A DNA stretch of 64,000 bases from Vulcanimicrobiota bacterium (GCA_963805945.1 CAWDVP010000001.1:96001-160000), one strand, 5' to 3'. Positions 12,405 to 23,410 are shown, counted from the stretch's first letter. A program made the numbers and translations. Notes: generated by a model from the letters alone, not told the origin.

Positions 12405-12950
12405 CTAGAATTTCTGGTTCACCATGAGGTGCGCGTACGGCGTTCCGGCCCACATGATCCACGTCCCCGTGTTCGAAGGCGCGGTCGAGAGCCCGCTCGT
12501 CTTCGCGCTGAACGGCCACATGATCATGTAGTGCGGACCCCACGTCAGTGGATGCGCGGACTTGGTCGCCCATGGGTCGGTCGCGCTGAAGTCCTTGCCG
12601 CCGGCGAACATGTAGGACACGCCCGGCGTCGTGTTCGTCGGCTTCGGCTTGTGCGCCGTCCAGTCGTTCGCCCACTGCATGGACGGAGCGTCCATGCATA
12701 TCGGATCGTCGCCGATGACGCCGATGTGCCCGGGGAAACATGTGAAGCCGTTCGTGCCCTTGCGCAGCACGGTCATCTTGCCTTTCGCGTCGACGTCGGC
12801 GATCGTGGCATTCGTTGCGATGGCCGCCGGCGCTGCTGACATCGCGCGGGCGATCTTCACCTGTGCTGATTCATCGGCGCGGACCTGGCTCGCCGCGCAC
12901 ACGAGCAGTGCCGGCACCGCGAGGGAAATGACACGTCCCAAGAGCTTCAT
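12405..12950 (-). CDS. Secreted hypothetical protein
   Basis: Signal peptide; LRKGTNGFTC, PHYMI, IMWAGTPYAHLM motifs. Confidence 0.75.
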   Translation of the reverse strand: MKLLGRVISLAVPALLVCAASQVRADESAQVKIARAMSAAPAAIATNATIADVDAKGKMTVLRKGTNGFTCFPGHIGVIGDDPICMDAPSMQWANDWTAHKPKPTNTTPGVSYMFAGGKDFSATDPWATKSAHPLTWGPHYMIMWPFSAKTSGLSTAPSNTGTWIMWAGTPYAHLMVNQKF

Positions 12951-13000
12951 CAGTTGACCCTCCTGTCAGTGGGGCTGATTCTTCGCTGTCGCCGCCGACC

Positions 13001-13573
13001 CTACTGGGGCTGCGCGCGGCCCGGACGAAGGAACGTCGCGATCTCGGTCCCGATGGGCAGCCGAGGACGGATCGCGCCGACGATTCCGATAGAGCCTGCG
13101 AGCGACGGTGCCGTCTCGTCGGCGGCCGCGGCGACCTCTTCGTAGTAGACGCCGAAGTTGGGCAGGCCATGTTGCGCCACGAACTCGCGCGCACTGACGT
13201 CGAAGTCCTCGTCGTCGGCGCCGCCTGCCTCAAGCGGGTGCCCCTCCCAGTAACGCGTGTACGACCAGTGGCCGTCCTCATCGCTGTACACGAAGGCGAA
13301 CGACTCCGTCTGCAAGATGTCCGACAGGCCTTCCGCCACCCCACCGTCGTCGAGCGGATGGCCGTCCTCGATCACCGTCGTCCAGCCATCCTCTTGCGGC
13401 AGCAGCGCGAAGCTGCGCACCGTCTTGCTCGCGGTGAGCTCGTCCGGCGTCGGCTCGAGCCCGCGCTCTTTGGTGGGCGCCCGGCCGGCGTCGCGCATCA
13501 GCTCTTCGAGCGCACGGCGGATATCAGGCAACTGCGCATCGCGCACGTAGACCGTGCCGAAGTGGAAGCTCAT
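13001..13573 (-). CDS. Acidic hypothetical protein
   Basis: ATG overlaps the stop of the upstream gene (ATGA); genome-like codon usage. Confidence 0.7.
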   Translation of the reverse strand: MSFHFGTVYVRDAQLPDIRRALEELMRDAGRAPTKERGLEPTPDELTASKTVRSFALLPQEDGWTTVIEDGHPLDDGGVAEGLSDILQTESFAFVYSDEDGHWSYTRYWEGHPLEAGGADDEDFDVSAREFVAQHGLPNFGVYYEEVAAAADETAPSLAGSIGIVGAIRPRLPIGTEIATFLRPGRAQPQ

Positions 13574-14460
13574 CGTTCGAAGATGCTGCGCACGACGAAG
13601 AACACGTTCTCCCGGCGCTCCGCGAGACGGCGATAGAAATAGCCGGCCCAATGCGTGCCGAAGGGCACGTACACGCGCACGCGATACCCCGCGCGCGCCA
13701 GCTCTCTTTGCCGCTCCTGGCGGATGCCGTAGAGCATCTGGAACTCGAAGCTGTCACGCGCGATGCCCTTGCGCTCCACCAGCTCGCGCACGCCGGCGAT
13801 GAGCCGCCCGTCATGGGTCGCGATGCCGGGATACACGCCGCCGGTGAGCAGCCTTTCGGCGAGCCTCATATAGTTGGCGCGGATATCGCTCATCGGTTGG
13901 AGCGCGGCGCTCTGCGGTTCTTTGTACGCTCCCTTGCACAGCCGCACGCGCGCGCGCTGCTGGATGCAGCGCTCGACATCGGCTTGCGCCCGATGCAGGT
14001 AGGCCTGGACGACAGGACCGACATCGGGATAACCGGCATGGGCACGTTCGAAGATGCGATAGGTGGAATCGACGGTGGCGGAGCCTTCCATGTCGAGGCG
14101 CACGAACATCTGGTGCGGGCGCGCCCGCTCGATGATCCGCTCGAGGTTCGCGAACGCGACGTCGTCGGCGATCGCCTGGCCTATCGCGCTGAGTTTGACC
14201 GACACGTTGCAGTCCGCACCGGCGGCCGCGATGCGGTCGATCATCTCGCAATAGGTGTCGGCCGTGTGGCCCGCCTCGGCTTGCGAGAAGACATCCTCGC
14301 CGAGGAAGTCGAGCGAGGCGGAGAGCCCGTCGGCGTTTAGCAGTTTGACCGCGGCGAGCGCGCTGTCGATCGTCTCGCCGGCCACGAAACGACGGGCGAG
14401 GAAGAACAGCCGGCGCTGAAGCCCAGGCCGCTTGTTGAGCACGTCGGCTATGGTGGGCAT
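13570..14460 (-). CDS. Monofunctional proline dehydrogenase
   Basis: RRFVAGET, DFLGE, RLDME, VRLCKGAY, IATHD, EFQMLYGIR, YVPFG..W..YFYRRLAER. Confidence 0.93.
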   Translation of the reverse strand: MPTIADVLNKRPGLQRRLFFLARRFVAGETIDSALAAVKLLNADGLSASLDFLGEDVFSQAEAGHTADTYCEMIDRIAAAGADCNVSVKLSAIGQAIADDVAFANLERIIERARPHQMFVRLDMEGSATVDSTYRIFERAHAGYPDVGPVVQAYLHRAQADVERCIQQRARVRLCKGAYKEPQSAALQPMSDIRANYMRLAERLLTGGVYPGIATHDGRLIAGVRELVERKGIARDSFEFQMLYGIRQERQRELARAGYRVRVYVPFGTHWAGYFYRRLAERRENVFFVVRSIFER

Positions 14461-14521
14461 GTCGGCCAAGGCTACCACACGCAGGCTCGGCCCGCCTTCG
14501 GACCGAGCCCGCGCGCTGCCG

Positions 14522-14899
14522 CTAGCGCGGCTTCAATTGATGGAGGATGAACTCGTTGCCCTCGCTGTCGTTGGCAAAAGCCAAGAAGCAGCCGGGCGTC
14601 TCGTACACCTTCGCGTCGTCCTCGAACGAGATCCCGCTCGCTTTGCATGCCGCGACCGCAGCGTTGATGTCCTCGACGCCGAAGTGGACGCCGCCGAGCT
14701 TCTCCCACGGCGCGTTCGGCGGCTTGACGATGCCGAACGTCTCGCCGGTCGGAAACGTCCACTCCGCCCCGATGCCGAAACTCAAGGTCGGGGCCATGCC
14801 CAGAAGGTCTGTGTAGAACTTCGTCGCCCGGTCCAGGTCCTTGACCATGTACATGGTCGTATCGATCCCTCGGATCCCGATCTTGCTTGCAATCGCCAT
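14522..14899 (-). CDS. VOC/glyoxalase family protein
   Basis: VKDLDRATKFYTDLLG ... DSEGNEFILHQ. Confidence 0.85.
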   Translation of the reverse strand: MAIASKIGIRGIDTTMYMVKDLDRATKFYTDLLGMAPTLSFGIGAEWTFPTGETFGIVKPPNAPWEKLGGVHFGVEDINAAVAACKASGISFEDDAKVYETPGCFLAFANDSEGNEFILHQLKPR

Positions 14900-14966
14900 G
14901 ACTACTCCTTTGACTCTATTGTGGGGCCAACCCCGTACCGTCCGACGCGAGCATTTTCCTTCGCAC

Positions 14967-14994
14967 GGGTCGATCTAAAGATCGACCCCTACAT
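14967..14994 (-). repeat. GTAG-type REP-like palindrome
   Basis: TGTAG-GGGTCGATCT-TT-AGATCGACCC on the minus strand. Confidence 0.8.
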
Positions 14995-15047
14995 AGCGCG
15001 GACGTCCCGGCAGGAGTCGGAAGCGCCGCGCCCGCACCGTGAGCAGC

Positions 15048-16958
15048 ATGCCTGATAGCGCTCTGACGCCAGCTGAGCTCACCACGCTCGCGCTCGTGCA
15101 GATGACGTTCTCACCGCCGGAGTGCGACTGCGGCGCGGCCACCGCGCAGGTCGCAAACGCCCTCGGCCTGCTCGCGAAGCACAAACGCGACAAGCTGCGC
15201 GAACTGCTGCGCTTGCTCGAATCGCCGTTCTTCATGCTGTTCCGCGGCGGCCTATTCCGGCCGTTCTCCGCGTTGGATCAGGAGCAGCGCACCCGGGTGC
15301 TCGTGGCCATGGGCGACAGCGCCTTCCCGTTGCTGCGCACCGGCTTCCAGGCATTCAAGCGGCTCTGCACCTCGGCCGCGTATTCGGCGGTCGACGCGAA
15401 CGGCCGCAACCCGCTGTGGGCGGTCTGCGGTTATCCCGGCCCCAGATCGGATCGCCCGGCGCCGGCGCCGGGGCTGCCGATATACGAACCCACGTCCGCA
15501 GACCTTGCCGCGGATGCGGTCGTGGTCGGCTCCGGCGCGGGTGGCGGCGTGGCCGCCGCTCTGCTCGCCGCCGCCGGCAAGCGCGTCGTCGTGTTGGAAG
15601 CCGGCCCACGCGTCGAGCCCGCCGAGTTCACCCAACTCGAAGCCGCATCGATGGCGCGCTACTATCTCGAGCACGGACTCGCGGCGACCGAAGACCTGGG
15701 CATCGTGCTGCTCGCGGGCGCGTGCGTCGGCGGCGGCACCTCGATCAACTGGTGCACGTCGCTGCGCATCTCCGACAAGGTCGCCGCGCAATGGAGCGAC
15801 GCGAGCGGCGGCATCGATTTCACGGGTGGCCTGGCGCCGCATTACGACGCAGTGGGCAAGCGCATCGAGATCGCGTCGTCGGACGATCATAACCCGAACA
15901 ACGCCGCGCTCCTGCGCGGCTGCAGCGCGCTCGGCTGGCGCGCCGCCTGCAATCCGAAGAACAGCGTCGGCTGCCCGGAGGGCTGCGGCTATTGCGGCTT
16001 CGGCTGCTCGTACGGCTGCAAGCGCTCGGGTCCCGTCACCTACCTCGCGGACGCGGTCGCCGCCGGCGCGTCGGTCATCGCCGATGCGCCCGTCGAGCGG
16101 GTGCTCGTCGAGCACGGCGCGGCCAGCGGGGTGGTCGGCGCATATAAAGGAAGCGCGATGCGTGTGCGCGCCCCGATCGTCATCCTCGCCGCGGGCAGTC
16201 TGCGCACACCCGGCATCCTCGCGCGCAGCGGGGTCACAGGCCCGCATCTCGGCCGCCACCTGAAGCTGCATCCGACGACGGCGCTGTTCGCGCGCTTCGC
16301 CGAGCCGATTGAGACGTTCAAGGGACCGATGCAAACCGTCTATTCGGATCAGTTCGGCGATCTCGACGACGGCTATGGCGCGAAGATGGAAGTGGCGCCC
16401 GCGCACCCGGGGCTCTCTGCGTTCGCGCTGCCGTGGCGTTCAAGGGAGCAGCATGCCGAGGCCATGCGCGAGTCGCGCTTCGCGGCTGCGCTCATCTCGC
16501 TGACGCGCGATCGCGGCGAAGGCAGCGTCGCCACCGACAAACGTGGCGAGGTACGCTATCGCGTCTCCGAATACGATGCCTCGCACATGTTGACCGGATT
16601 GAACGGCTGCGTCGAGGTGGCGTTCGCCGCCGGCGCCCAAGAGGTACGGACGCTGCACCAATCCGCGCTGTCGCTCAAGCGCGCCGACGCCGGCTCGCAG
16701 ATCCGCCGCGATTTCGCCCACGCGATCCTTTCGAGCGACACCGCGACGAACCGGATCGCGGTCTTCTCCGCACATCAGATGGGCACGTGCCGGATGAGCA
16801 AGGACCCGCGCGGCGGTGTGGTCGACGAGCACGGCGCCGTGCATGGCTGCACGGGTTTGGTGGTGGCCGATGGTTCGGTGTTTCCGCTCTCGTCAGGCGT
16901 CAACCCGATGCTGACGATCATGGCGCTCGCGCACCGGTCGGTCTCGGCGATCAAATAG
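15048..16958 (+). CDS. GMC oxidoreductase (long-chain alcohol oxidase-like)
   Basis: VVVGSGAGGG, GGGTSINW, CGYCGFGC, SAHQMGTCRM, GVNPMLTIMA. Confidence 0.9.
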   Translation: MPDSALTPAELTTLALVQMTFSPPECDCGAATAQVANALGLLAKHKRDKLRELLRLLESPFFMLFRGGLFRPFSALDQEQRTRVLVAMGDSAFPLLRTGFQAFKRLCTSAAYSAVDANGRNPLWAVCGYPGPRSDRPAPAPGLPIYEPTSADLAADAVVVGSGAGGGVAAALLAAAGKRVVVLEAGPRVEPAEFTQLEAASMARYYLEHGLAATEDLGIVLLAGACVGGGTSINWCTSLRISDKVAAQWSDASGGIDFTGGLAPHYDAVGKRIEIASSDDHNPNNAALLRGCSALGWRAACNPKNSVGCPEGCGYCGFGCSYGCKRSGPVTYLADAVAAGASVIADAPVERVLVEHGAASGVVGAYKGSAMRVRAPIVILAAGSLRTPGILARSGVTGPHLGRHLKLHPTTALFARFAEPIETFKGPMQTVYSDQFGDLDDGYGAKMEVAPAHPGLSAFALPWRSREQHAEAMRESRFAAALISLTRDRGEGSVATDKRGEVRYRVSEYDASHMLTGLNGCVEVAFAAGAQEVRTLHQSALSLKRADAGSQIRRDFAHAILSSDTATNRIAVFSAHQMGTCRMSKDPRGGVVDEHGAVHGCTGLVVADGSVFPLSSGVNPMLTIMALAHRSVSAIK

Positions 16959-17002
16959 AAACGGTCGAACTAAAGTCGACCGCTCCATCTGCGTCGGGCG
17001 AG

Positions 17003-18401
17003 TTACTTCAGCGGCGCGGGCGTCGCCAAGTAGTCGTCCGGACATGCGCCGATCACGTACTTGTGCGACGGATCGGTCGTCACGCCCACGCACACCCGGA
17101 AGCCCTCGATGTTCACCGCGCGCAGGATGACGTAGAGCGTGCCGTCCTCTTTGCGGTATTTCGTGCCGTGCTCCAGGATGTAGTTGGTCTCTTTGGTCTG
17201 CGTGCGTTCATCGTGCACCAGCATCGCGGTCAGCTCCGCCACCGCGTGATAGAAGGCGTCGTTGTCGGTGCGATAGTGGAAGCCGATGACCGGTCCCTGA
17301 TCCAGCCCCAGATTGATCTGCTGGTTGAGCTTGTCGATGCGCGAGTTGCTCGTCGGCTTCGGGCTCGGCTTCGGGGTGGGCGATGGGGTCGGCGTCGGCT
17401 TGGGCGTCGGCTCGGGCGTCGGCGGCGCCGTGCGCAGCACGATCGGAAGCGGGATGCCGTGCGAGCCGCCGGGCGGACCTGCATTCGGGCCCGTGCCGGG
17501 CTGCTGCCCCGGTGGGCCTGTGTGACCAGCGACGGGGCCCGGCTGACCGGTCGGACGCGCGCTCGCGGACGCGTTTGTCTGCGCGGCCGCCGCTTGCGTC
17601 GGCGCTGATGTCGCCGCTGAGGTGGGCGCTGCCGTCGGAGCGGCAGTCGCTTTGGCCGGCGCCGAGGTCGGGGCCTCGGTCGGTCGCGCAGTAGGTTCGC
17701 TCGTCGGCGCTGTCGTCGGTTTCGCGGTGGGCGCGGCGGTCGGCGCGATCGTCGGCGCGAGCGTGGGCTTCGCGGTCGGCGGCACGGTGGGCACGATCGT
17801 CGGCGGCACCGTCGGCTGCGGCGTCGGTTTCGGTGTCGGCGGCAGCGTCGGCTGCGGCGTCGGCTTTCGGGGTCTGCGTCGGTTGCGGGGTCGGCTTGGG
17901 CGTCGGCGGCAGCGTCGGCTGCGGCGTCACGACGGCCACCTTTGTGGGCGACGGCTGCGGTGACGGCGAGACGCTTGCGCTCGGCTGCGGCGAGGGCGAG
18001 GGGTTCGGTTTCGGCTTCGGTCGCGGCGTCGGCTGGGGCGTCGCACCGTGCTTCGCGGCGAGCTCGACGGGGATCGGGCGGGTGACGGCGACGTGGCGGG
18101 GGACAGGTCGCGGCGTCGGCTGCGGCTTGCGCGGCTGCGGCTTGGGCTGCGGGGTCGGCTGGGGCGCGCGGATGAGGGTCTGCACGATGACCGACTGGCT
18201 GCTCTGCGATCGTTGGGAGGGCGGGCCCGACTCGAGATACATCGTCACCAGGATCAGGAACAGCAGGGCGAAGATGATGTGGATGAAAATCGACGAGCCG
18301 AAACCCAGCGGAAGGTCACGGCGACCCTCTCTGCGGACACGCTCGACCGCGGACGATACTCGGCTCGATGGCGGCAACATGCGGTCCCCCGAAGACGACA
18401 T
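17003..18401 (-). CDS. Membrane-anchored Pro/Thr-rich (TonB-like) protein, frameshift near 17866
   Basis: N-terminal TM segment SIFIHIIFALLFL, long PT repeats, small globular C-terminus in ORF 17003..17809. Confidence 0.65.
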
Positions 18402-18457
18402 GCCGTATGCGGTGGTGAAACCTGCCTAGAACCCGGAGGGCTGGTTTCCCTCTTCCG

Positions 18458-18920
18458 TTACGGCTTGAGGTACGTCTTGCCCGTGCTGTCGACGAGCTCT
18501 CCAGCGGTCGTCCAGACCTCACTGCCTCGCAGGTCTCCGTCCTGCACCATCACCCTGACCTGGACATCTTCGCGCCCCGCATACTGGAAGGTCGTCACTG
18601 CCTCCGACAACACCGCGCGTGCCGTTGGGGATCACAAGCGCGTGCGACCCGATCACGCCGAGCGCGGCCTGGCTCTTCGAGTACACCTGCGGATTGCGCG
18701 CCGCCTCGATGGTGAAGCGGAGGTACGTCTGCAGCCAATAATCGCTATAGAAAGCCCACGCGAACTTCTCTTCACCGACCGAGCCATCGAGCCGCACTGC
18801 ATCGCCTGCGGCCGGCAGGCGGGGATACGGGCCCGCGCTCGCAGCCGCAGCGTGCTGCGCGCTCACCGCGATCGCCGCGAATATCGCGACCATAAGACAG
18901 ACGGTTCGTGCTGTTCTCAC
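18458..18920 (-). CDS. Secreted hypothetical protein, frameshift near 18603
   Basis: Signal peptide; alternative frame continues EAVTTFQYAGREDVQVRVMVQDGDLRGSEVW...GKTYLKP*. Confidence 0.6.
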
Positions 18921-19515
18921 CGGCCGCTATTCCCCGGCAGGTACGTCGGGGCGGGGCTCGCCGCCTCCGGTGTCGGCGGCGCGGTCGGCACATCCGGCGG
19001 AGTGGTCGGAGTCGCTGCGGGCGGCGCGGGTGCCGGCGATGGAACATGCACCTCCATGCCGCATATCGTCGTCAACGCTTGTCGCGCTTCCGGCAGCGAA
19101 GGCTGGGTGTTGAGCTTCGCATAGATCGCGAACCACGCGTAGCCGTTGAGGACAGTGGTCATGTGCTGATAGATGATCCGCTGGCCGTCCTTATTGGTGC
19201 TCGCATACGAGATGTAATGCGCCGGATGGCCGCACGTCGTCGTATATTGATCCGCGCCGAGCATGAAGGCGGGCAGCGCTGCGCGCAGCTGCTTGATGGT
19301 CTGCGTGTCGAAGGCCGAAGCGGTGAGCTGCGTCCGTTCGCGGCCCACCACGATGTTCTGCCGGAAGCCGACATCGCCCGAGTGCACCCATACCCCCAAG
19401 AGACCTGCGGGACGGCGTACCCCGTCCAACCCTCGGGGGGAGTGAACGGCAGCTGATCGGCGTACGCCGGTGCAAGCGCGAAAGCGCAGAACACGAGCGC
19501 AAAGAGGCGGGGCAT
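18917..19515 (-). CDS. Secreted protein with Pro-rich tail (possibly PsbP/Mog1-like fold), frameshift near 19395
   Basis: MPRLFALVFCAFALAPAYADQLPFTPPEGW joins VWVHSGDVGFRQNIVV... Confidence 0.6.
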
Positions 19516-19576
19516 CAGAGCGTGAATCACATCCGAACGCATGCTTGATATATCGGTTTTTCCGGGGTCGAACGTT

Positions 19577-21661
19577 ATGGCGCGGGCGGCCCGCGCCGCG
19601 GCGCTTTGCGTCGCCCTTTGGCTGGCCTGCGGTGGAGCGGCACAGGCCGCCCAGCCGCGGCCGGACGTATCGCTGGCATTGCGCGACGGGCGCTTCTTGC
19701 ACCTGGTACCATTGCCGTTCGGCACCCTCGCCGCGGCGGTCGTCGGGCCCGCGCTCTTCGACAAGACCGGCACCCGCGTCGCGCTGCTGGCTGAATTCCC
19801 CGGAGCCGGGATCCGCGGCGACTGGCGATCGGCGGATCCGGTGCAGGCGTTCTTCCTCGACGCGGCGCGCCTCACGCTGACCCAGCTCACCACCGACGGA
19901 CGCGCGACCGCCGTGCGCTGGAACGGCGACGCGACGCTCGCCCTGAGCGAGGAGCATCAGGCAGGCACTGCGGTGCCCGTCGCGCCAGCCGCGCGCGGCG
20001 CGGGACCACCCGGCCGCATGCTCGCCGGCGATGGGGTGCCCAGCGGCAGCAGCCGCGTGTCGCAAGAATCGAGCGATCGTCTTGCGGTCTACAAGACGCC
20101 CGATGGCCGTTACGCGGTCGTCCAGATCGGCGCGAAGCGCTTTCACATCGCCGGCACTGCGCACGGCGGTTCGTATGCAATCATCGGCGCGTATCTCGCG
20201 TGGATCGACGGCCGGCGCCACATCGACCGGCAGATCGCGCGCACGGGACCGGACAACGCCGAGCCGCTCTCGTTCGCGGGCTCGCCTTACGGCGATGCGC
20301 TCGCGCCGATCGTGCCGATCGGCAGCCCCGTCTATCAGAGCGCGTATCGCAACGGCGTCGTCTACCTCACCTTCTCGCACGGCGTCGAGCGCATCGTCGC
20401 CGCGAGCGACGACTTGGTCAACTATTGGTTCCCCGCGCTGCCGCACGCTCCGGTCTTCACGGTCGGCGATGGTTTCGGAGCCAGCCCTGACGGCGCGTTC
20501 TACTTCATCAGACCCGAGGAAGAGACGATGCTGTTCACGCGCGCGGGCACGTACGTGCGCACGACGATGACCGGGCTCGACGCCGGTCGCGACGAGGGCG
20601 CGATGGTCGCGGCGATGCGGCGCCTTGCCGGTATCGCGAAAGGCGCCGCGATGAGGCCGTCGGCCGACGCGCTCGACGCCGCGATGTTCCAATGGCGCTT
20701 CTATCCTGTCGGTGACGCGAGCGGCGAGCGTTGGATCGGGTCGCGTTTCGGTCGCGTGCTCATCGGCGATCCGCACGGGCGCTTCGCACCCGGCCGCCAA
20801 CCAGCGTTTCCCTTCGTCGTGTTGGGCCGCAGCGACGATGGCCGTATCTGGGGCGCCACGCCGACGGCGCGATCGCTGCAGCGCGATGACATCGCCGCCG
20901 CGAGCAGCTCCGTCTGGTCGACCCGGGACGGATCGACGTGGCGCTTCGAGGTGTCGCTTGCGGGCGACGTCGGCGCGATCGGCACGCACGGCACCGAGGT
21001 CTGGGCGGCGCTGACCCGCCCGTGGCTGCGGCTGCCGATGATCTGGCTGTCGCGCATCGATGTTGCCGCACCGCAGCTGTGGCCGACCGGCGGCACCTAC
21101 GCAGGCGAGCAGTTGGCGTTCGCCGGCCTGTCCAACGGTTTCTACCTCTTATGGGGCGCGACGCCCGGCCGGCGGCTTGGCGGAGACGGCGGACCCTTGT
21201 GCGGCTATCGCATCGACGCGGCTGCGCTCGCCGCCCGTGACGCCGCCGGCGACGACGTCTTCATCGCCCAGCGCTTGAAGCCCGACGACGACCCTTCGCT
21301 GCCCAGACCCGGGGAGCTGTCAAGCGGCGCGGCGGCGCTGCTCGAACCCACTCTTGCGGTGGCCCGCTCACTGCCGAGCGGCGGCCGGCTCACGCTGGCC
21401 TCGAATGTCGCGTTCGACGGCAGCGTTCCCGACGGCGTGATCGCCATGGGGCTCGAGCAAGAGCGCGCCTTCGAATTGAAATATGCCGGCAGACCATATC
21501 CTTTGGCGATCGTCGCCGCCGACATCCATGACGATCGCGCGACCGTGACTCGGTCCTTCCAATACGGACCGCTGCACGCATCTGGTGAGGTCGAACGTTG
21601 GAACAGAGATGCCGGCGGCGCATGGCATCTCGTCAGCAGCGAATCGCGGTATTCGTTCTAG
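19577..21661 (+). CDS. Large secreted hypothetical protein, beta-rich
   Basis: Long ORF with signal peptide and one Asp-box-like STRDGSTW motif. Confidence 0.65.
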   Translation: MARAARAAALCVALWLACGGAAQAAQPRPDVSLALRDGRFLHLVPLPFGTLAAAVVGPALFDKTGTRVALLAEFPGAGIRGDWRSADPVQAFFLDAARLTLTQLTTDGRATAVRWNGDATLALSEEHQAGTAVPVAPAARGAGPPGRMLAGDGVPSGSSRVSQESSDRLAVYKTPDGRYAVVQIGAKRFHIAGTAHGGSYAIIGAYLAWIDGRRHIDRQIARTGPDNAEPLSFAGSPYGDALAPIVPIGSPVYQSAYRNGVVYLTFSHGVERIVAASDDLVNYWFPALPHAPVFTVGDGFGASPDGAFYFIRPEEETMLFTRAGTYVRTTMTGLDAGRDEGAMVAAMRRLAGIAKGAAMRPSADALDAAMFQWRFYPVGDASGERWIGSRFGRVLIGDPHGRFAPGRQPAFPFVVLGRSDDGRIWGATPTARSLQRDDIAAASSSVWSTRDGSTWRFEVSLAGDVGAIGTHGTEVWAALTRPWLRLPMIWLSRIDVAAPQLWPTGGTYAGEQLAFAGLSNGFYLLWGATPGRRLGGDGGPLCGYRIDAAALAARDAAGDDVFIAQRLKPDDDPSLPRPGELSSGAAALLEPTLAVARSLPSGGRLTLASNVAFDGSVPDGVIAMGLEQERAFELKYAGRPYPLAIVAADIHDDRATVTRSFQYGPLHASGEVERWNRDAGGAWHLVSSESRYSF

Positions 21662-21662
21662 A

Positions 21663-22148
21663 TCAGTAGCCCGATGACGACGTCGGAGGCGCTTGACCCG
21701 GCAGCGGCGCGGTTTGGATCGGCGACGGCGCGGGTTGGCTTGTCGCGGGCGAACCGCCGCTCGCCGGCGCACCCTCGTCCGTCACGGTGACGGTGCCCGT
21801 CATGTACGGATGGTAGCTGCACGTATACGCGTAGACGCCCGGCTTGGTGAAGGTGAACGAGTAGACCATGCCTGGCCCGAGATTGCCGGATGCGAAGGCA
21901 CCTTTGTTGGCGACGACCGTGTGCGCCACGCCGTTGACCTCGTCGTTGCGCCACGTGATGGTCGTGCCCGGCTTGACCGTGAGCGCTGCCGGGTAGAACA
22001 GATAGTTGCGCATTGAGACGACGATCGGCGAGCCGCTCGGTGCCGGCGTCGCCGGCGTGGCGGCCGATGCCGCGTCGAAGCCCGCGGCGAAGACGGCGCA
22101 CAGCGCGACCGCGAGCAGCAAGTGAGCGGGAAGACGTGCGATCATCAT
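21663..22148 (-). CDS. Type I copper protein (plastocyanin/amicyanin-like cupredoxin)
   Basis: Signal peptide; AHTV...YTCSYHPYMTG gives His, Cys, His, Met ligands. Confidence 0.9.
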   Translation of the reverse strand: MMIARLPAHLLLAVALCAVFAAGFDAASAATPATPAPSGSPIVVSMRNYLFYPAALTVKPGTTITWRNDEVNGVAHTVVANKGAFASGNLGPGMVYSFTFTKPGVYAYTCSYHPYMTGTVTVTDEGAPASGGSPATSQPAPSPIQTAPLPGQAPPTSSSGY

Positions 22149-22161
22149 GTTCTCCTGGACC

Positions 22162-22187
22162 GGGCCGAACTGAAGTTCGGCCCCTAC
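22162..22187 (-). repeat. GTAG-type REP-like palindrome
   Basis: GTAG-GGGCCGAACT-TC-AGTTCGGCCC on the minus strand; identical copy at 23482. Confidence 0.8.
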
Positions 22188-22198
22188 GGGCGTTGCGT

Positions 22199-23410
22199 TC
22201 AGCGATTCGAGTCGTCGGTGCCTGGACCCCGCCAGGCAAGCGGAGCGAGCAGGCCGATGCCCACGGCGCACACCGCAGCCGCGCCGCCGAACGCGACCGC
22301 CGGGCCGAACATCTGCCACAGCAGCCCCACCCCGGCGCTCGAGACGAAGTCGCCGACGCCGTTGACCGCAGCCAGAGCGCCGAAGCCGGTGCCGCGTCGG
22401 TCCGCTGGGAGCAGCCGCGTCGCGAACGTGGCTTCCATCGGTTCGACGATCGCGATTGCCGCGGCGGCCAATACGAAGGCGACGATCACCACCGGAATCG
22501 AGGCCGACGCAAGCGCGATCAGCACGCCGACGACGCAATAGAGCGCAAAGGCCGCGAGCAGCAGCCTGCCGCTGCCGATCTTCTCGCTGAGCACGCTCGC
22601 CGGGTACGAGAGCGAGGCGTTCACGATGTTATGGACGAGGTACAGCGCGGTGCCGTACGCGATCGCATGCTGCATACCGACGTACGGTTCAAATGCCCGG
22701 ATCGCGACGAGCACGAGCATCGTCGCCGAGAAGTTGCCGAGCCCGAACACGCCGGCGCCGAGCAGGTAGCGCTTGAAGGACGCCGGCAGATTGGCGAGCG
22801 CGAGGCGCAGCCGTTCGCGCGGCGGCACGCTCCGCGGCCGCTCGCGGACGAAGACGTACATCGCGCCGGCGAGCAGGCCGGGGATGAACCCGAAGAGGAT
22901 CGCCTGGCGGATGGGGACGTGCGCCGCGATGAGCGCGATGGCGGCCGCCGGCCCGATCACCGCGCCGACGGTGTCGAGCGCGCGCTGGAACCCGAACGCG
23001 CGGTTGACGTACGCGGGATCGGTATCGTCGACCAGCAGCGTGTCGCGGATGGGGCTGCGGAAACCGCGGCAGATCCACGCCAACGAACGCAGCGCGAGCA
23101 CCGCGGAGATCGACATGGCGAACGCGAGCGCCGGCATGAAGATGCCGACACCGACGTAGCCTGCCGCGGTCCAGGCACGACGGTGCTTGCTGTAGTCCGC
23201 GAGTTGGCCGGACCACAGCTTGAACGCCGCGGCAAGAGCATCTGCAAGGCCCTCGATCAGCCCGAGCGCCGCAGATCCGCCGCCCAGCGAGGTGATGAGT
23301 CCGGGCAGCAGCGGGATGATGAGCTCGTAGCATGCGTCGGAAAAAAGACTCGCCAGGCCAATCGCCAAGACGCTTGTCGTCAGCCAGGTCCGCGCGGGCA
23401 CGGTCTTCAC
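22199..23410 (-). CDS. MFS transporter
   Basis: About 12 TM segments; GQLADYSKHRR, RAFGFQRALDTVGA. Confidence 0.88.
   Translation of the reverse strand: MKTVPARTWLTTSVLAIGLASLFSDACYELIIPLLPGLITSLGGGSAALGLIEGLADALAAAFKLWSGQLADYSKHRRAWTAAGYVGVGIFMPALAFAMSISAVLALRSLAWICRGFRSPIRDTLLVDDTDPAYVNRAFGFQRALDTVGAVIGPAAAIALIAAHVPIRQAILFGFIPGLLAGAMYVFVRERPRSVPPRERLRLALANLPASFKRYLLGAGVFGLGNFSATMLVLVAIRAFEPYVGMQHAIAYGTALYLVHNIVNASLSYPASVLSEKIGSGRLLLAAFALYCVVGVLIALASASIPVVIVAFVLAAAAIAIVEPMEATFATRLLPADRRGTGFGALAAVNGVGDFVSSAGVGLLWQMFGPAVAFGGAAAVCAVGIGLLAPLAWRGPGTDDSNR

Noticed and set aside
17360..18170. Tandem GGCGTCGG-like repeats as a CRISPR array or DNA repeat element
   Set aside because: They encode Pro/Thr-rich linkers; there is no repeat-spacer periodicity and no cas gene.
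18917..20989. 690-aa minus-strand ORF and other long Arg/Ala-rich antisense ORFs
   Set aside because: Shadow ORFs typical of high-GC DNA; only the last ~160 codons belong to a plausible frameshifted gene.
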